NCBI RefSeq assembly: GCF_006345805.1
Contig: NW_021833983.1
Span: 1 to 64,000, forward strand
Direction: 5' to 3'
Source of the DNA: Octopus sinensis
Lineage: Eukaryota
Length of the DNA: 64,000 nt
Program-made: the position numbers and the translations under genes
The notes under the pieces: generated by a model
What the model was told of the DNA's origin: nothing
Databases searched by the model: none
What the model saw: only the letters and a program-made list of their open reading frames with translations
In this document: positions 39,910 to 52,879 of the stretch, piece by piece
How the letters are laid out: every line of letters starts with the position of its first letter
Numbering within the stretch: position 1 is the first letter of the stretch

Positions 39910-39950
39910 GGTGGGGAGGTAAATAAAGGGACTTTATTTACCTCCCCACC
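39910..39950. repeat. perfect 19-bp hairpin with a 3-nt loop
   Basis: ggtggggaggtaaataaag-gga-ctttatttacctccccacc. Confidence 0.95.
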
Positions 39951-40070
39951 TCTTGATGAAATAGCATGGATTTTATAAATACTTTATGAGAAGTCTGTAC
40001 CTTGTTTCCCTTTGCTATGCCCACACAATATTGTACTATACTATATTCTCTTGTATTCTTGCTTTTGCAG

Positions 40071-40089
40071 TGGTGTTCGCTGGAGTTGA
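40071..40089 (+). CDS. candidate terminal exon (coding part)
   Basis: Acceptor ttgtattcttgcttttgcag; phase-2 reading GVRWS*. Confidence 0.25.
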
Positions 40090-40299
40090 GACGTCGGTGT
40101 GTAATTTTATGCAATCGCTGAATCAAGAAATTATACCTTTTCTCAGTTGACTTTTGACCTTCGCAAACATTTCTTCGTCTACTTCACGTACAGCATTTGT
40201 AATGGTTTGTGCGTGTGTGTATGTATGTATGTATGTATGTATGTATGTATGTATGTATGTATGTATGTATGTATGTATGTATGTATGTATGTATGTATA

Positions 40300-40640
40300 C
40301 CATAGCTGCACCCCCGTTACACGAGAAAATCCATTGCCAAGAAGATTTACTGAAATGATTCATGATTGTTGCCATGTGATGCCCTTATATGACTTTTAAG
40401 CCCAGCCAAACTTTTACGCATTTAATTACATACTGTACAACTGTGCTGGCTGGCAGGAGAAACAGGTGCCACCATATGCACTCTCTTAACATATATTTTT
40501 AGAGCTCCAACTGAGAGGCACACCTTTCCACATTTTACACACGTTTTGTTGTGAATTTTAATAGGCATATCACTGTTTATCGTGGGTGAACTCCGGTGAG
40601 ATTTTTGATGGCTCATCAGGCCTGCACGATTCAAATACCC
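40300..40640 (-). mobile_element. non-LTR retrotransposon 3' fragment with a zinc-finger remnant
   Basis: CVKCGKVCLSVGALK...H; its 3' end resembles 62535-62580. Confidence 0.55.
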
Positions 40641-40656
40641 CCCTCAAACCACACGC

Positions 40657-40711
<55 letters not shown>

Positions 40712-41444
40712 ATATTCTATATATATATAGATATAGATAGATAGATAGATAATAGATAGATATATAGATAGATAGATAGATATAAACTTACTTGGAAGAG
40801 TATGCGTGGTTTTCAATAATATAATAATATAAATAATATATGCCATCTTTCTTTCTTCCCCTAACTTGTGTTTCTTTCTCTCCGTTGTTGTAGCTGGAAC
40901 TAGGAAGATGTGTTCTTGTCTGTCTCCTGTCCAAGCCTGATTTATGCATTCACCACCACAGCCTCGCTTAGGCTTAGCAGCCCTTCCTGTTTGTTTTCAC
41001 TGTCCTGTTTGTGTTACCAATTTTGACCTTCTGCTTATTTAATTTGCTTTAAGGGAGCAAATGTTTTATCGAAAGCGTATATTGTTGTTAAATGCTCGAA
41101 ATACGAGAGTAGAAAAACAGCCAACGACTGATGAAGGGTCGTTCTTTATGTTTCTTGTCTTGTTTTCCATTTGTGTATTTCGTTGTCCGAATAAATAGTT
41201 CGTATTCCATGTACTCGTACTTCGTATCTTTTATTGTACACGTTTCGTGATGTCCTGTGCCCACATATGCATATATATACGTATAGATGTAAGTATTTAC
41301 ATATACTACGTATATATATATACTACGTATATATATACACACACAAACACACACACATATATTTTATTTAACTCATATATGTGTGTGTGTATACATACAT
41401 ACATATATATATATATTATATATATATATATAATATATATATAT

Positions 41445-41476
<32 letters not shown>

Positions 41477-41617
41477 TGTGTGTGTGTGTGTGTGTATGTA
41501 TATGTATATAGATTTCCGGACAATGGACACGAGTTAGAATAAGAACAGTAATAAACGAGTAAAGAACGAATATACACTACGTGCGTTTATTTGGCAAAAA
41601 TAAAGATACGTAACATA

Positions 41618-41779
41618 GGCGTGGGAGTGGCTGTGTGGGAAGTAGCTTGTTTACCAACCACATGGTGCCGGGTTCAGTCCCACTGCGTGGCACTTTGGGC
41701 AAGTGTCTTCTACTATAGCCTCGAATCGACCAAAGCCTTGTGAGTGGATTTTGTAGACGGAAACTGAAAGAGGCCCGTC

Positions 41780-41815
<36 letters not shown>

Positions 41816-42047
41816 GTGTGTGTGTGGGTGTATATGTTTGTGGGTCTGTGTTTGTCCCCCCAACATTGCTTGACTACCGATGGTGGTGTGTTTACGTCAC
41901 CGTAACTTAGCGGTTCGGCAAAAAGAGACCGATAGAATAAGTACTAGGCTTACAAAGAATAAGTCCTGGGGTCGATTTGCTCGACTAAAGGCGGTGCTCC
42001 AGCATGGCCACAGTCATATGACTGAAACAAGTAAAGAGTAAAGAGTA
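41618..42047 (+). mobile_element. SINE family A, full length
   Basis: Colinear with 7906-8315. Confidence 0.92.
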
Positions 42048-42313
42048 ACATTCCGAAATACAACAATATATCTATATCTATATATATAGTAAAATATATT
42101 TGCCAACATAAGATGGCAGTCTTGTGTAGGACCATGGTACTACGCAGGGCTGCCACCTTACTTTGCTAAATAGATTTTACTATGAAGTATAGTTACTATT
42201 TAGATCTCATCCAGATATATATATATACATACATACATACATATCTCCTCTCTTTCTCTCTCTCTCTTTTCTCTCTATCTCGCTCTTCTCTCTCTCTCTC
42301 TCTCTCTCTCTTG

Positions 42314-42352
<39 letters not shown>

Positions 42353-43427
42353 TAATAACTATACTTCGTAGTAAAATCTATTTTTCTCTCATTCGTATCC
42401 TTTATAAACCCTCACGCCATTTGCGTACCATCACATACACAAACACACACACGTATCCCCGTAAAATGTTGTAATCCCCTTTTGAATGGCAGATGGTGTA
42501 ATGTATGCATAGGCCCCTTGTGACCAATATAAAAACATTTCTTGCAATTGTTTTTATCTGAAGTAAATCTGTTAAAAACGTTTACCACTTCCAGTATTCT
42601 CTCAGTGCTAATATTTCAGTTTATTTAATGAAAGGTAAATTTCTTTATTATTCACTCATTCCTTTGCAATTATTCTTCCTTTCTTTCCTGCTTTCTTCTC
42701 GTCTTGTCTTTCTTCTTTCCGTTCTTTCCTTTGTTTAACTTTTACCTATTTATTCTTCAGAAAGTTTCGTCTTTCTTCCGAGATTAGAAACAAAATGCAA
42801 CGATTAGTCTGAAATAGGATTTACCCTGATTAGAGAAGGGAAACAGTATTTTACGAGAATATTATCTGAAATGTAGATATAAAATCTCTTAAGGGCCATA
42901 GGACCCCGCTTTTTAATGGTTCGGTGATTAGATCCAGTTTCATGGAGTGAAACAGATAAGAGATAACTTCTCCATGTTATGTACATTCCAGTATGGTCTG
43001 GTGGTACTCTGGTACCTATTTATGCTCACAGCTTGGTGAAGTGAAGGTACAAATCTATCAGAGGTAACATCCCTAGATGACCTGGTCACTATTTCTACTG
43101 ATAGCTACATGAAGTGAGGACTCTAGTCTATTACAGGTAAAAAACCATTCGGAAGTACTTATTGATAACGGCTGCTGAATGAAACGTGGGTACGTGTCTC
43201 TCACAGGTAACATCCCAATATGATCAAGCGGTAAGTGTCTCTCTTCCCCAGAGAGTCACTCACACAGTCACTCACTCTCTATGTTATACATGTTTTACAG
43301 TTGACGGCGATCATGGCTTTCCATGCTAAGATTTGGAGGTTCAGTAATACCTCGCTATATCGCGGTTCACTTATTGCGTTTTATTAAGTTACGTCGATTC
43401 CTCCGTGTTGCTGTTTTGCATTTATGC

Positions 43428-44205
43428 TGTTGGCATCCTTTTTGTCTCGGGAGACAATGGAGTTGAGCATAAAATAGTCTAGTCCGGCTTTTACATTTCA
43501 TGTCCTAATACATCTCCTGCTGTGGCTGTGTAGTCATATCCTAGACAGACACTCCCTCTGGCAGGTGCCGCAAATGTAGCGAAGACTCTACCTGGCTGGT
43601 TGTAATGTCATAGTTTCTTGATGTTTTTTCTTGTCTTTCCATTTCTTCTCTCTCTCTCTGTCACTCCCTTGTGTTCCCTCTTTTACGGTACGTCGCCAAT
43701 CTCCACGGTTGCTGGCAACTGCTTCCCAGTTGCTAATATTGATGTCGAAGGCCTTCATGCCCCTTTTGCAAACATCCTTGTATCGTAAGAACGGTCTTCC
43801 CACAGACCTAGTGCCCCTAGCAAGCTCTCCGTAGAGTATGTCCTTGGGGATTCTGCCATCTTCCATACGGCTAACATGTCCAAGCCATCTCATACGTCTT
43901 TGTGTGAGGAGTGCAAACATGCTTGGTATTCCTGCTTGCTTGAGGACATCTTTGTTGGGGACATGATTGTGCCATTTGATGCCAAGGATTTTCCGGAAGT
44001 AGCATACAGTAGAGTGCTAAGTACACATGCCTGGTAAATCTTCATTTTTGTGGTCTTGGTGAACTTATTGCTGTCCCATGCCCGTTTGGAGAGTTGGGCC
44101 ATCACAGCAGCTGCAATGCCAATGCGTATATTGAGCTCGGCATTAAGGGATAAGTTGTAGGTGACGGTAGAGCCAAGATAAGTTAACTTCTCCACCTCCT
44201 GTAGT
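43428..44205 (-). mobile_element. RTE LINE 3' part, same family as 27061-30206
   Basis: LQEVEKLTYLGS...WLGHVSRMEDGRIPKDILYGEL...; 3'UTR matches 30140-30200. Confidence 0.92.
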
Positions 44206-45262
44206 CTTCTACCCTCCACCGTAACATGTAATTCTTCCCTTCCTGGAAGGCAGATGAGCGCTGGGAACTTGTGAATAGCTTCTGGTTGACTGTGGAGGAG
44301 TAACTCCACACAAGTCCCAGACCAATTTTCACGTCGCGTTCTTTTGACCTCCAGGAGGCTGTTATTCCCTTCCAAAACGTTCGCTGTGAGAATCCACCAC
44401 AGGTTTACCTCTGGTGGCACCCCAGCGACCTTTATGCGCACCATCCTCCTCCTTCCTAAATAGGATGAATGAAGCACATATTTTTCATTCCGGCAGAAAA
44501 CCACGAAGTGTTTGGCGGCCAGAGCTTCAGATTTAAATAAAGAGCCCTGAAAAGCCCACAAACTGTTTTGCCCTTGAAATATGAAGAATGTCGAGTGTTA
44601 TGTCTTTCAGTGCCCTTTACACGTCCGCCTGGTTCGCCGTCTCTGGCCGCTTCGTGTTGTCTGTACAACACTGTTTTCTTTTTTTGTTTCTGTCAACATC
44701 TTGTGGGGGATGACAATACTGGCTTGCGCCGTTTCCAGTCTTATTAACTCAACTGCCTCAGCTAGACACATGTCTTTCTGAAGCAGATCCATACAAAAAT
44801 ATCCTTTGCTTCTTGCTGCTGTCTCTGCGAAAGAAGTAGTCTGGCTCATGTTGTCATTTATTATTACGATGTTATTGGTTGTGCAGTTGGTTGTGGTCGA
44901 GAGACTGTCACTATGTGCTGTCTTTTGTTTATTCGTTGTAGTTGTGGTGGGTGGTGTATGGTGGTGGTGGCGCAGTTGTCTGCACTCTTGATACTGCTGC
45001 TATGAACTGTCTTTTGAGTGGGAGTATTCCACTGAATTGGAGGGAATTCAGCTTCGTAGTTTGTGATGTCGCTAAAGATGTTCGTATTATTATTGTTTGA
45101 AGTATCTGCAATTTCGTGTGCGATAATTTAGACCTGCTGTGTACTCGCCTCCCCCTCTATTGGTGAATAGTAGGTGGAAGGCACTTCGGTGTCTTGCATC
45201 TCTCTATCTCAAACACTTCTCAACTCCTCTTCTATGTTCTTCAACAAAGCTGGTTTCACCAT
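44206..45262 (-). pseudogene. decayed LINE ORF1 (gag-like) fragment
   Basis: RIKVAGVPPE...ICLPGREELHVTVEGRR resembles the region preceding an ORF1 zinc knuckle; upstream part has stops and frameshifts; ATG at 45262. Confidence 0.5.
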
Positions 45263-45610
45263 ATTCGCTTTGTTTTAAAATTAATTTTGAAACAATTAGT
45301 TTGAGATTACAGACTTCAAAGGGGGCACTAACAACACAAAGCGACCCACCTATGCAAAGGTGGTGCTTTAGAAAAAAATGTTTAGTAACAAAAGAAACAA
45401 TTAACAACTTGGAAACAAAATTTTGGAGGAAAAAACTTAGGAGTGGACAAACACGTGCAACCGACCAGGACAACGAACAACAACAACAACAACAAAACAA
45501 CAACAACAATAATAATAATAAATAATAATAATAATAATAATAATAATAGTGATGATGATGATGATGATGATAATAATAATAATAATAATAAAATAATAAT
45601 AATAATAATA

Positions 45611-46113
45611 ATGCCCTGATGCAGTACCAGGCAGTGGCTCTCATGGCTTCTGATCTTAACTGATTGGAAGTGTTATCATGTACATTGTTTTGTCTTGGTA
45701 TAAAAGATGGGCTACAGCAAATACTCTGCTCAATACCACAGATTTGCTTGTCAGTTGTTTGACCTTAACCAGTTGAGCATGTCCCTTAGTGGCTGACGAT
45801 ATGTGCTTCTCTGATCACGAGCAGATGTAGTGGAGGAGCATCATAGCCATGTGTTGAGAGGGATTCTTTGGGGTTTGAATAATTCACTTCTGGAAACATG
45901 GGTGTTTTCTTCATCATCCTTAATACAAAATTCTAACTAGCCCCACCCGTAAGGTCATGCACTGTTTACTTTGACATGAAATCACCATGTCACGCACATA
46001 TGATTGTGATGCATGTGCCTGGTGTACCCTTATTAGACGGGTAGCCATGATGGGTGTAATGGGCTTCGTATATTTTACCCCAGTGTCACTTTGATGGTAT
46101 ACCCAGCTCTCTC
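45611..46113 (+). mobile_element. family H retroposon in an (AAT)n tract
   Basis: atgccctgatgcagtaccagg...ctctcat; homologous to 51991-52540; internal deletion. Confidence 0.85.
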
Positions 46114-46136
46114 ATAAAATAATAATTATTATTATT

Positions 46137-46336
46137 TCAAATTTTTGCCACAAGGGCAGCGTGGGGAAGGTGGTGATGAGTCGATGACGTTGATCCCAGT
46201 GTACTTATTTTTTATCGACCCCGAAAGTATGAAAGGCAAAGTCGACCTCGGCGGGATTTGGAATCAGAACGTAGCAACGGGCGAAATACCGCTAAGCATT
46301 TCGTCCCAGCGTGTAAACGATTCTCGCAGCTTACCC
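46137..46336 (-). mobile_element. SINE family D, short-tail type
   Basis: Reverse complement of the family D head and core. Confidence 0.8.
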
Positions 46337-46345
46337 CCTTATTCA

Positions 46346-46382
<37 letters not shown>

Positions 46383-46909
46383 CGCTATTGACCGCAAAGG
46401 GTTAACATCTAGAAACACATTATGGACAGTACAGGACAAAATATTGAATGTCCGTATGTGTGTGTGTATGTCTGTGATAGAAATCTGCCGCGTTAGCAAC
46501 GCCCTCTGCCGTTAGATTGCACGTTATATAATTGACGTTGGTGGCTGTAAACTTTATTTTCTTTTTAATGTCATATGTAAAAAATTTGGGTTCTTTTGCC
46601 TTTGTCATTTTAATTCCTACAGCGAAGCACGTGACACGGTTGATGTTTATCAGAGGTCAAGTGGAATTGTCGCCCTTCAGCCGAATGAGCCAAAGCAGAT
46701 TTTATCGAAAAAAGACGATAACAAACAAATATATAATAAAATTAAAAAAGTCTTGCTCCCCCTCCTTACTTCCCCCTCCTCTCTCTCTCTCTCTCGCAAT
46801 ACACACACACACATATGCATACAAACATTAAAACAGAGCATATATGCACATATATATATGTAAATATGTATATATATATATACATACACACACACATATA
46901 TATATATAT

Positions 46910-46983
<74 letters not shown>

Positions 46984-47912
46984 CATATATATACATACAT
47001 ATATATATATACATATATATATATATTTATATTCCACATTCTACACTAATGTAAAAATAATTGCATAATTGCGAGTTTAGTTATTTTATCTTCGATGCTT
47101 ATTTTGGAATAAACTGCCTTTAAATCTGTTCATATTACATACCATTTTGAAGTACATATTTCGGTCTTTTGTTTTGTAAGGATGAATTTGTTTTCCTTCT
47201 TCATTCAACTTTATTTTAAGCTTTTAAATTAATTACAAAAATAACACAAATTCGAGAAATGTTTTTTGCGTTAGTTTATAACAGAATGCAAAACAGCAAA
47301 TCTTATTCTCAGTATTAAGCAAACATCTTGCCAATGGGGGCCGTCAAGGAATGCATAGCTCAGTTTTGGGTCTCAAAATTTTGTTGTGGAGACCGTAGAA
47401 ACAAAGAGAGCGACTATCTGGAAGTTATTCTTGAGACAGACCTCAAAAAACCGTTGTTCGTAATCCCTTCAAAGGATGTTTTGTCCTTGCGATTTTATGT
47501 GGCATTTATTTTACGTGTCATTTTATGTTCATGATTTACATACTGGTAGGAAATGCATATATTTAGAGCATTTGCATCAATTGTTAAATTTATTGTAGGT
47601 AAAGAAGGTAAATCTGCAGGAGCCTTTGTTTTCAATGCAATGAGTTAACCCTATTACCGCATAGCTGTATCTCATTAGTCTAACCTTGTAATGCTTCTAC
47701 TAATTATCATGTTAATAGCACCGAGAACGCACTTACTATATCCACACAAGCAAATTTTCACAATCTTCTTTAATCAAACTTGCTCTCAATAATTTTTAAA
47801 TTTGCAACTTATTGCAAGCTTAAAATAACTTCAAACTTGTCTAGATTAGCGTTGTGTAAATTGAGACTTCAGTTAAGGAGTTTAATAGAATCTTGTTGCA
47901 TTATAATCTTGA

Positions 47913-48244
47913 CTTCGTTTATAACATTGTTACTAACATTTACTAATAAAATCTGAACTTGTATTTAGTACTCAGGTGCACTACAACTAAAATAAACTTC
48001 GTTTATAACATTGTTACTAACATCTACTAATAAAATCTGAACTTGTATTTAGTACTCAGGTGCACCACAACTAAAATAAACTTCGTTTATAACATTGTTA
48101 CTAACATCTACTAATAAAATCTGAACTTGTATTTAGTACTCAGGTGCACTACAACTAAAATAAACTTTGTTTATAACATTGTTACTAACATCTACTAATA
48201 AAATCTGAACTTGTATTTAGTACTCAGATGCACTACAACTAAAA
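47913..48244. repeat. 84-bp tandem repeat, 4 copies
   Basis: Units start at 47913, 47997, 48081 and 48165; near-identical. Confidence 0.95.
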
Positions 48245-48289
48245 AAAAAAACATGAAAGAAATGAAATAAGGGTGGGGGCATCGGGTGT

Positions 48290-48900
48290 ACTGTTGGTGA
48301 ATTTCAGGAATCATGGAAGTTTTTAAGTATTTAGTGTCACGACAGCTAACACCTAATGCAGGTAGTTTATTACATTCTTCAGCAATTCTGAGCATGGAAT
48401 AATGTTTCCGAAAGTCATAAGTACTGTGTTGTTTTTTTGATTTTGTAAGCATGTTCACGTTTGTTAGACATGGGATTTAAATAGGTGTACGAGGTTGTCG
48501 CCGGAAAGACGATGGATATTCGTAAAGGTGTCTGCCAAGTCAGTTGCTAGACATCGTAGCTTTAATGTGTCCATGCCCAGGGAAGCAAGATGTTCAGAGT
48601 ATGGCAGATGCCTGATGGCAGGTATTCGTTTCGTTGCACGTTTCTGAACACTTTCTAGGAGATTGGTATGCTGAGCTAGATAGAGGTTCCTGACTGGTAA
48701 TGAAAACTCTGAAAACATATCTCTCGGCACAAGCCCTCCAAATATGTTATGTCCAAACTTAATAGGTGTGCAGTCTAACCTTAATATTTCTTTGGTCCAA
48801 TGTAGGACACCTGGCATATCTACAGATATGGGTTCGTTTCTCGTGGGAAGCCTTCGAATTTTACTATCTAAAAGGCTTCTTTGACCCATTATTAATATGG
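48290..48900 (-). mobile_element. CR1-type LINE 3' portion
   Basis: LLESVQKRATKRIPAIRHLPYSE.L..L...L..R.L..DL; KQHSTYDFRKH...NKLPA. Confidence 0.85.
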
Positions 48901-48908
48901 CATTCTTT

Positions 48909-49166
48909 AGAGCAGTTATTCCCAAACATTTTCGGACTGCCGTCCCATTGACAGGCCATATTCCTAGCACCCCCCCCCAGCCTACTTAACTATCACAAAC
49001 GTAGACATCTTACTGAAGCAAATTCAAAGCAACTGTATTTCACAAATAAAACTTAACCTAGTGAACCCGTTATTTTGTTGTTGAATCGCTATCCCATTAT
49101 CGCCCCACTTTTCTTCAACGCTGCCTGGGGGAAGGGGGAAATACCGCCCACTTCGGGAAGCTCTAC
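48909..49166. mobile_element. possible hAT-like MITE
   Basis: cagttattcccaaac ... cttcgggaagctcta ends. Confidence 0.4.
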
Positions 49167-50673
49167 TTTATAGCTTTACGTCTGCATCGAGATCCACTAT
49201 TCCAAAAATATGTACGTATATATAGTGAGAGTGAACAGGTTTGTTGTAGCTATATTAAACAATATATAAAGAAAATAATTGAAAACATTAAATGGAAGTT
49301 TAAAAAGGGAAAAGATGTCAGGGGGGGAGACACATCATAGCTCTATTGACATCCAGCCCTAGAATATATATGTATGTATATGTATATATATATGTATATA
49401 TATAACTGTGTGTGTGTGTCTGTGTGTGTGTGTCTGTGTGTGTGTGTCCGTGTGTTTGAGCTGACTGGATAGCGGGAAGGAATGGATTGACATGTACAAT
49501 ACTGCACCCACTGACAGGAAATATGACCCCCATGAGTGCTGCAAAAAATATGATACATACATACATACATATATATATATACATCCATATATATATATAT
49601 ATATACATGCGCGCACGCATATATATACATATATGCGTGTGTATGTATGTATGGATGGATGGATAGGTGGACGGATGGATATGTATGTCTGTGTATGTAT
49701 ATGTGTGTTTCTGTCTGCTTGTGTGTGTGTGTGTATGTTTGTGTGTGCGTGTGTGTGCGTGTGTGTGCGTGTGTGTTTCTGTGCGTGTGTTTGTGTATGT
49801 GTGTGTGTGTCTGTATGTGTGCGTATATGTATATATTTCTTGACACTTCCGAAAGCTGTAGCCTTGACTTTTGGGTGTCAAGACGTCACATTTGTTGGTT
49901 TGCTTTGTTTTTATATTGTTTTGGTTTTCGGAATTGTATTCCCACACTAGCCGGAGCACACACATATCCATTCATATACACACTCACGTACACACACACA
50001 CATATCTGCCTCTATGTGATAGTCTGTGTGTACGTGTGTGTTTGTGGTCATAGTACATTCGTCAGCAATAAAATACACACTCTTAAACACAAGTGCAGAT
50101 GTTCGTATCCATACATACACGCGCGCAAATACTCACACATAGACATACACGCGCGCACTGTATCTATTTTACACACGCACAGACACACATATATACACGC
50201 ACACATATATGGTTATACCCACGTGCGTGTGAGTGTGTGCGATTGTATGAGAGAGAATGTGTATGTGCGTGTCGTAGTGTGTCTGTGCGTATACATACAT
50301 TTATATACACAGCTGCATATACCCTAACGAGACCGTGGTGGAAATACACATACACACACACAGATACGCATACATATACACATACTTATACACATATACA
50401 CATACATACACACACATACATATACATTCACTTTTTTCGGTTTAGACCCTACATCCGTTTCGTGGTCACGAAGCAAACTACCGACGATCCAAACTACCTA
50501 ATTGTTTAATTAACATATACGTTGCTGAGTATTCCACAGGGTCGTGTACCTCGAACGGAATTCTTACACATAGAAACAGAGAGAAAGACACACTGTGTAT
50601 GTGTGTGTGTGTGTGTGCGTGCGTTTTCTTTTACCCCATCAACACATTGATGAGGTGTGCGAAACAGAAAGTG

Positions 50674-50710
<37 letters not shown>

Positions 50711-50916
50711 CAGACGAACAGAGGAACAGAGAGAGAAAAAACAGACAGTCAGAATGGGAGAGAAAAAGACAGTGTGTGTGTCTATATGTATGTGTGTGTA
50801 TCTATATGTATGTGTGTGTGCGTTTCTTATAGCCCCATCAACACACTTACTCTACAATGATGTCAATTTGGTACACCATCCAGGACAAAAAATTAAATAA
50901 ATAAATAAAAACAATA

Positions 50917-51250
50917 ATCTGTTGTGTCAGGGGAGAGTCATTTTCTTTTTGTACCTTATTTTTTAACACACTCACCGGTAAAATTTCCACTTATTTCTTA
51001 TTTTTATTTTCCTAAAATTTTCGTTGCGTCTTGCAACTTTTTCAATAGTCTTGACACTCGAGTCAAGACTATTGAGAAGGTTGCAAGATGCAGCGAAAAT
51101 AAAAATAAGGACTAAATGGAAATTTTACCGGTGAGTGTGTTAAATTATAAGGCACAAAAAGAAAATGACTCTCCCCAGACACAACAGAATATGCTTCAAC
51201 ATACGAACTCACATAAAGAATCTTGCAAACTAAATCCAAAAACGAAAAAC
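50917..51250. mobile_element. foldback (palindromic) element, family I
   Basis: tctgttgtgtcaggggagagtca...tcttgac-actcga-gtcaaga...tgactctccccagacacaacaga; the right arm is longer. Confidence 0.85.
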
Positions 51251-51963
51251 AATAATGTTAATGATCATATGATTAACAACTTCCCAGGAGAAAGTCGACA
51301 ATAATTAAATTCAGACACTTTGTCGATGGAAATTATCACCAGTATCCACAGGATTTCCATAACAACTTGAATCTTATGCATAGGATCTCACTGAAAAAGT
51401 ACTGTCCTATAATGCTCCTACGAAATTCTGACCCTGCCAATGGACATTGCAACGGAATAAGATACACCGTCACGCAACTCAATTCTCACGTCATCGACGC
51501 AGCCATAGCGATTGACCCTCAAAGTGGAAAGCCTCTGTTCATACATCGGATACCACTGGTTTCCATTCCAATTACCACACAGGCAGTTTCCCATCAAAGT
51601 AGCCTTCTCATTCACTGCTAACAAGTCTCAGGGCCAGACTTCAGATCGTGTTGGTGTGTTTCTATCCACTCCGATGTTTACACTCGGCCAGTTGTATGTC
51701 GCTATGAGCAGAGCAACGGACTCAGCTAATTTGAAAATTAGTGTTGATCAAACACAAAATATCGCTAACAAAGAAGTTTTGTAAACGTAATAATATCATA
51801 AATATGTTCTACGTAAAGTTGTACATAAGTAGACTCAAAACCAACCATTATATTTTGTTACATTTCCCATGCCATATTTCAGTATAAATACATTCATACA
51901 TTCACGTTATTATTATTTTCAACACTCCTTTCATTTGCCATCGTAGATGAGTAGATTTGCTAG
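51245..51963 (+). mobile_element. Helitron 3' remnant (PIF1-like helicase C-terminus)
   Basis: PIMLLRN.DP.NGHCNG.RY, RQFPIKVAFSFTANKSQGQT, GQLYVAMSR; frameshifted; CTAG|T at 51960-51964. Confidence 0.88.
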
Positions 51964-51990
51964 TAATAATAATAATAATAATAATAATAA

Positions 51991-52540
51991 ATGCCCTGAT
52001 TCAGTACCAGGCAGTGGCCGTCATGACCTCTGATCTTAACTAATTGGAAGTGTTATCATGTACATTGTTTTGTCTTGGTGATGGGCTACAACAAATATTC
52101 TGCTCAATACCACAGGTTTGCTTGTGAGTTATTTTTACTTAATTAGTTGAGCATGTCCCTTTATGGCTGACAATATGTGCTTCGCTGGTCACGAGCAGTA
52201 GTAGTGGAAAGCATGACAACCATGGAGAGTATGTTGTGAGGAATTCTTTGGGAGTTTGGATAACTCTCCTTTGGAAACATGAGTGTTTTGTTCATCATCC
52301 ATAAACAACATTTATTCAGGGACCTTTTGAGCGGAATGGGCTACTCAACCCGAAGAAAAATTCTAACTGGGCCCGACCTGCAAGATCATGCGCTGTTTAT
52401 CTTGATATGAGATCACTATGTCGAGCACATATGACTGTGCCTAGTGTAGCCTTATCAGATGGGTAGTCATGATGGGTGTAATGGGCTTCGTATATTTGTA
52501 CCCCAGTGTCACTTTGATGGTATACATAACTCTCTCACTC
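51991..52540 (+). mobile_element. family H retroposon, full length
   Basis: Same 5' start (atgccctgat) as 45611; ends ctctcactc plus (AAT)n. Confidence 0.85.
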
Positions 52541-52562
52541 AATAATAATAATAATAATAATA

Positions 52563-52646
<84 letters not shown>

Positions 52647-52737
52647 TCATTATAACAATAACAATAATAATAATAACAACAACAATAACAATAACAACAA
52701 CAACAACAACAACAATAGCAACGACAACAACAACAAT

Positions 52738-52780
<43 letters not shown>

Positions 52781-52800
52781 GCAACAACAACAACAACAAC

Positions 52801-52879
<79 letters not shown>

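Larger units (their letters stand above)
39044..40201. repeat. 136-bp inverted duplication, 886-bp spacer
   Basis: Arms 39044-39179 and 40066-40201, 1 mismatch by manual comparison. Confidence 0.92.

Noticed and set aside
41120-41260. CUGAUGAAGGG as an HHR 5' half
   Set aside because: No matching stem II/GAAA/UH could be found downstream.
45788-45850. CUGACGA in family H as an HHR
   Set aside because: Followed by GCCA rather than GAAA; no stem III.
47913-48244. CRISPR-like array
   Set aside because: Whole units repeat with no unique spacers; eukaryotic context and no cas genes.
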